DNA of 64,000 nt from Bryobacteraceae bacterium (GTDB taxonomy: Bacteria; Acidobacteriota; Terriglobia; Bryobacterales; Bryobacteraceae), in contig DASYXM010000083.1 of the NCBI GenBank assembly GCA_035934795.1, positions 15,506 to 79,505 of the forward strand, read 5' to 3'. Each line of letters begins with the position of its first letter. Position 1 is the first letter of the stretch. The notes under the pieces are model-generated. The model made no database searches, was not told where the DNA came from, and worked only from the letters and a program-made list of their open reading frames with translations. The position numbers and the translations under genes are program-made. Positions 61,869 through 64,000 of this stretch are shown here, piece after piece.

Positions 61869-63026
61869 ATGCCAGAGGACTTTGGTCGCGAGCATCAATG
61901 GGGCGTGATCTTGGCCGGAGGAGAAGGGATACGGCTGCGATCACTGACGCGTTTAATCTCCGGCGACGATCGGCCGAAGCAGTTTTGTCCGCTCATAGGA
62001 GGGCTGACTCTACTCGCCCACACGCGACAGAGGATCGCCCCATGCATCGCGCCGGATCGGACGCTGTTCGTACTGTTGAATTCGCACGAGCGTTTCTACG
62101 CGGAGGAACTGAGAGACGTCCGCTCCCCTCAGACACTTGTCCAGCCATGCGAACGAGGGACACTACCTGCGATCCTGTTAAGTTTGTTGCGGATCGTTCA
62201 ACTTGACGAACAGGCGGCGGTCGCGTTTTTCCCGTCGGATCACTATTACGCCGACGAGAGAAAGTTCATGGCCGGCGTCAAACTGGCCTTCGGATTTGCG
62301 GAGACCAGCCCCGAAACCGTGATCTTGTTGGGCGCCGCCGCGACCCGCGCCGAGGTCGGATATGGCTGGCTCGAAGCGGAACCAGCCATCTCTACACATT
62401 CCTCGCGGGGGCTCCTCCGAGTGAATGGTTTTTGGGAAAAGCCATCCCAGCATGTGGCGAAGAATTTACTGGAGCGAGGCTGCATCTGGAACACTTTCGT
62501 CATGATTGGGCGCGCTACAGCCTTCCTGGACACGATTCGGTCCGCTCAGCCTGAGCTGTACCGAATTTGGGAGCCGCTGGTGGGGCGCCATGAACCGGCA
62601 ATGAGCTCGAAAATAATGAAAACAATCTATGATCGCCTTCCCACAACCGATTTCTCGAGGTCGGTGCTAGGCGCCTCCCCGGAGAAGCTCGGTGTCCTGA
62701 ACCTGGGCGATGTGGGCTGGAGCGATCTGGGCGACCCCGGACGAGTGCTCCGGATGTGGTCTGAAACCGGCACCGAGAATGCTTGGGGGCACGCCCGTTT
62801 TGCGGTGCCGCCGCCAAGTTTTCAGCCGGTTGATGCGGGCGCCCGGAATGCCAGGGAACAGGCGTCTGCAGGTTTGTACGAGGAGGTCGCCGGCGAGAGA
62901 GCGATCCAGATGTCTCTGGGAGGAGATCACTCTCTTGCTCGGCGGCCGAACGGTGCGGCCACGACGGGCATTCGGAGCGGGAAAATTTTACAGTTTGTGC
63001 AGAATTTGCATGCACAGGGTGGCTGA
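61869..63026 (+). CDS. Sugar-phosphate nucleotidyltransferase (mannose-1-phosphate guanylyltransferase-like N-domain) with C-terminal extension
   Basis: Motifs are 'WGVILAGGEGIRLRSLT...DRPKQFCPL', 'FPSDHY' and 'GYGWLE'. Confidence 0.8.
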   Translation: MPEDFGREHQWGVILAGGEGIRLRSLTRLISGDDRPKQFCPLIGGLTLLAHTRQRIAPCIAPDRTLFVLLNSHERFYAEELRDVRSPQTLVQPCERGTLPAILLSLLRIVQLDEQAAVAFFPSDHYYADERKFMAGVKLAFGFAETSPETVILLGAAATRAEVGYGWLEAEPAISTHSSRGLLRVNGFWEKPSQHVAKNLLERGCIWNTFVMIGRATAFLDTIRSAQPELYRIWEPLVGRHEPAMSSKIMKTIYDRLPTTDFSRSVLGASPEKLGVLNLGDVGWSDLGDPGRVLRMWSETGTENAWGHARFAVPPPSFQPVDAGARNAREQASAGLYEEVAGERAIQMSLGGDHSLARRPNGAATTGIRSGKILQFVQNLHAQGG

Positions 63027-63170
63027 CGGCACGACGAAACAGCTGGTGACGAGAGACTGCCGCATGAAAAGAGTGGAAGAATTGAAGACTCCTCCGGGGA
63101 CGCTCTTGGTGCTTGGCCCTTCGGCGGAAGCGAGAGGGGTGTTACCGAGTGGCGTTTTCAGGGACGGCCT

Positions 63171-63422
63171 ATGATCACCGCAGGAGGAAGGCGGATGGAA
63201 CCAGCAAAGTTATTGACAATGCCCGAAAGGTCGGAGAAGGCGTACATCCCTCTGCTATCGCTGAACGAGCGAAGGGCCTACCAGGCCGCACACAAGATCC
63301 TAGAGATCGTGGAATACGGCTGGCCGGAGTTCGTAGCTCCGGGCGGCCGAAGGAGTAGGAGAATCGATCACATCGCCCAAGCGATCATGGAGGCGTGGGG
63401 TGCTGAGAGGCACGTGAGTTGA
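63171..63422 (+). CDS. Small hypothetical protein (tentative)
   Basis: 83-aa ORF between two genes on the same strand. It has no recognisable motif and only ORF-level support. Confidence 0.3.
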   Translation: MITAGGRRMEPAKLLTMPERSEKAYIPLLSLNERRAYQAAHKILEIVEYGWPEFVAPGGRRSRRIDHIAQAIMEAWGAERHVS

Positions 63423-63484
63423 CCCCTATCCCGACTCTGGTTGAGGCCCAGCCCAAAGATCGGCACCAGTAGGAGAACCAATGC

Positions 63485-63919
63485 ATGTTGTCGGCGACTG
63501 AAAGCAGCCCCCTAAACGTACTGCTAGTAGAGGACAATCCAGCCGATGTGTTGCTGATTCAAGAGGCCTTATCTGCCCGCTTCCCGGTGAGTCACATCTC
63601 GGTGCACCAGGATGGGGAACAGACGATGCAGTGGATCGAAAGACTCGATCGGAAGGAAGTAAGCCGTCCGGATGTGATCCTTCTGGATCTCAACCTGCCA
63701 CGGGTCACGGGCGAAGACGTGCTCTGGCGGCTGAGCCTCAGCCCGCTGTGCCGGGGCGTGCCTATAGTCGTCGTAACGTCCTCCGATTCGCCCAGGGATC
63801 GCATCGCCGCTGCCGGCATGGGAGCCAGCCGCTACTTCCGAAAACCGGCCGATTACGACGAGTTCATGCGGCTCGGCGATCTTGTGAAAGGGATACTGGC
63901 GCACGGAGGGACGTGGTGA
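63485..63919 (+). CDS. Single-domain response regulator (REC)
   Basis: Motifs are 'VLLVEDNPADVLLI', 'DVILLDLNLPRVTGEDVL', 'VVVTSS' and 'YFRKP'. It is a paralog of the 60463-60960 product. Confidence 0.85.
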   Translation: MLSATESSPLNVLLVEDNPADVLLIQEALSARFPVSHISVHQDGEQTMQWIERLDRKEVSRPDVILLDLNLPRVTGEDVLWRLSLSPLCRGVPIVVVTSSDSPRDRIAAAGMGASRYFRKPADYDEFMRLGDLVKGILAHGGTW

Positions 63920-64000
63920 AGGGACACCCGCAGACCCGGCCCGCGACCGCGTCCCACCCCGCCCCCACGCCTTGTCGGATAAAATATACTCCTATGGATC

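Noticed and set aside
1-64000. Mobile elements, CRISPR arrays, rRNA/tRNA genes, prophage or defence-system genes.
   Set aside because: I recognised no transposase, integrase or recombinase motifs, no regularly spaced direct repeats, no Cas-like proteins and no rRNA/tRNA signatures. This was a visual scan, not a computed search, so short or degenerate elements could have been missed.

Overview
This is a 64-kb chromosomal segment of roughly 60% GC with an Acidobacteria-like gene repertoire: an acidobacterial-type VWA tail, a Gram-negative sortase, and dense sigma-54 and two-component regulation. I can support about 52 protein genes. I recognise no rRNA, tRNA, CRISPR array, transposase or integrase.

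Layout:
(i) 1-7.7 kb: VWA protein plus sortase, M19 dipeptidase, an orphan degenerate adenylation domain plus Sfp-type PPTase, and a NarL-type two-component pair.
(ii) 8-38 kb: a Wzx/Wzy-type exopolysaccharide (EPS) locus in two plus-strand operons. The first holds a NusG/RfaH-like factor, a PglC-like initiating transferase and a DegT aminotransferase. The second holds Wza, Wzc, Wzx, a Wzy-like protein, methyltransferases, GT4/GT2 transferases, a CapD/PglF-like dehydratase, a deacetylase, an acyltransferase and two beta-helix proteins. The two operons are separated by a minus-strand stressosome operon (RsbS-RsbT-RsbX-hybrid kinase-RsbR) and a divergent HK-like / sigma-54 activator pair.
(iii) 38.6-44.9 kb: two divergent envelope operons, each behind a -24/-12 promoter. 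One encodes a small tail-anchored protein, a C39-like peptidase and a TPR-POTRA-Omp85 protein. The other encodes an OmpA-like coiled-coil protein and a BON lipoprotein.
(iv) 45.6-60.2 kb: a beta-1,2-glucan operon (GH144-like, GH3, GH37 trehalase, ABC exporter, GT84-type synthase lacking the GH94 module), an MFS sugar porter and CsbD.
(v) 60.4-64 kb: single-domain response regulators, an ECF sigma factor and a nucleotidyltransferase.

Most notable observations:
- A stressosome whose output appears to be a His-Asp-His-Asp relay ending in a sigma-54 activator.
- Five to six well-formed -24/-12 promoters aimed at envelope and regulatory genes.
- A periplasmic C39 peptidase / small protein / TPR-Omp85 operon.
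- A hairpin plus GCGGTAGCT (ops-like) module in both EPS operon leaders, together with a NusG paralog.
- A conserved ~57-nt repeat pair that brackets the glucan/trehalase block.
- An orphan terminator suggesting an sRNA.

All family assignments come from motif reading, not from searches.
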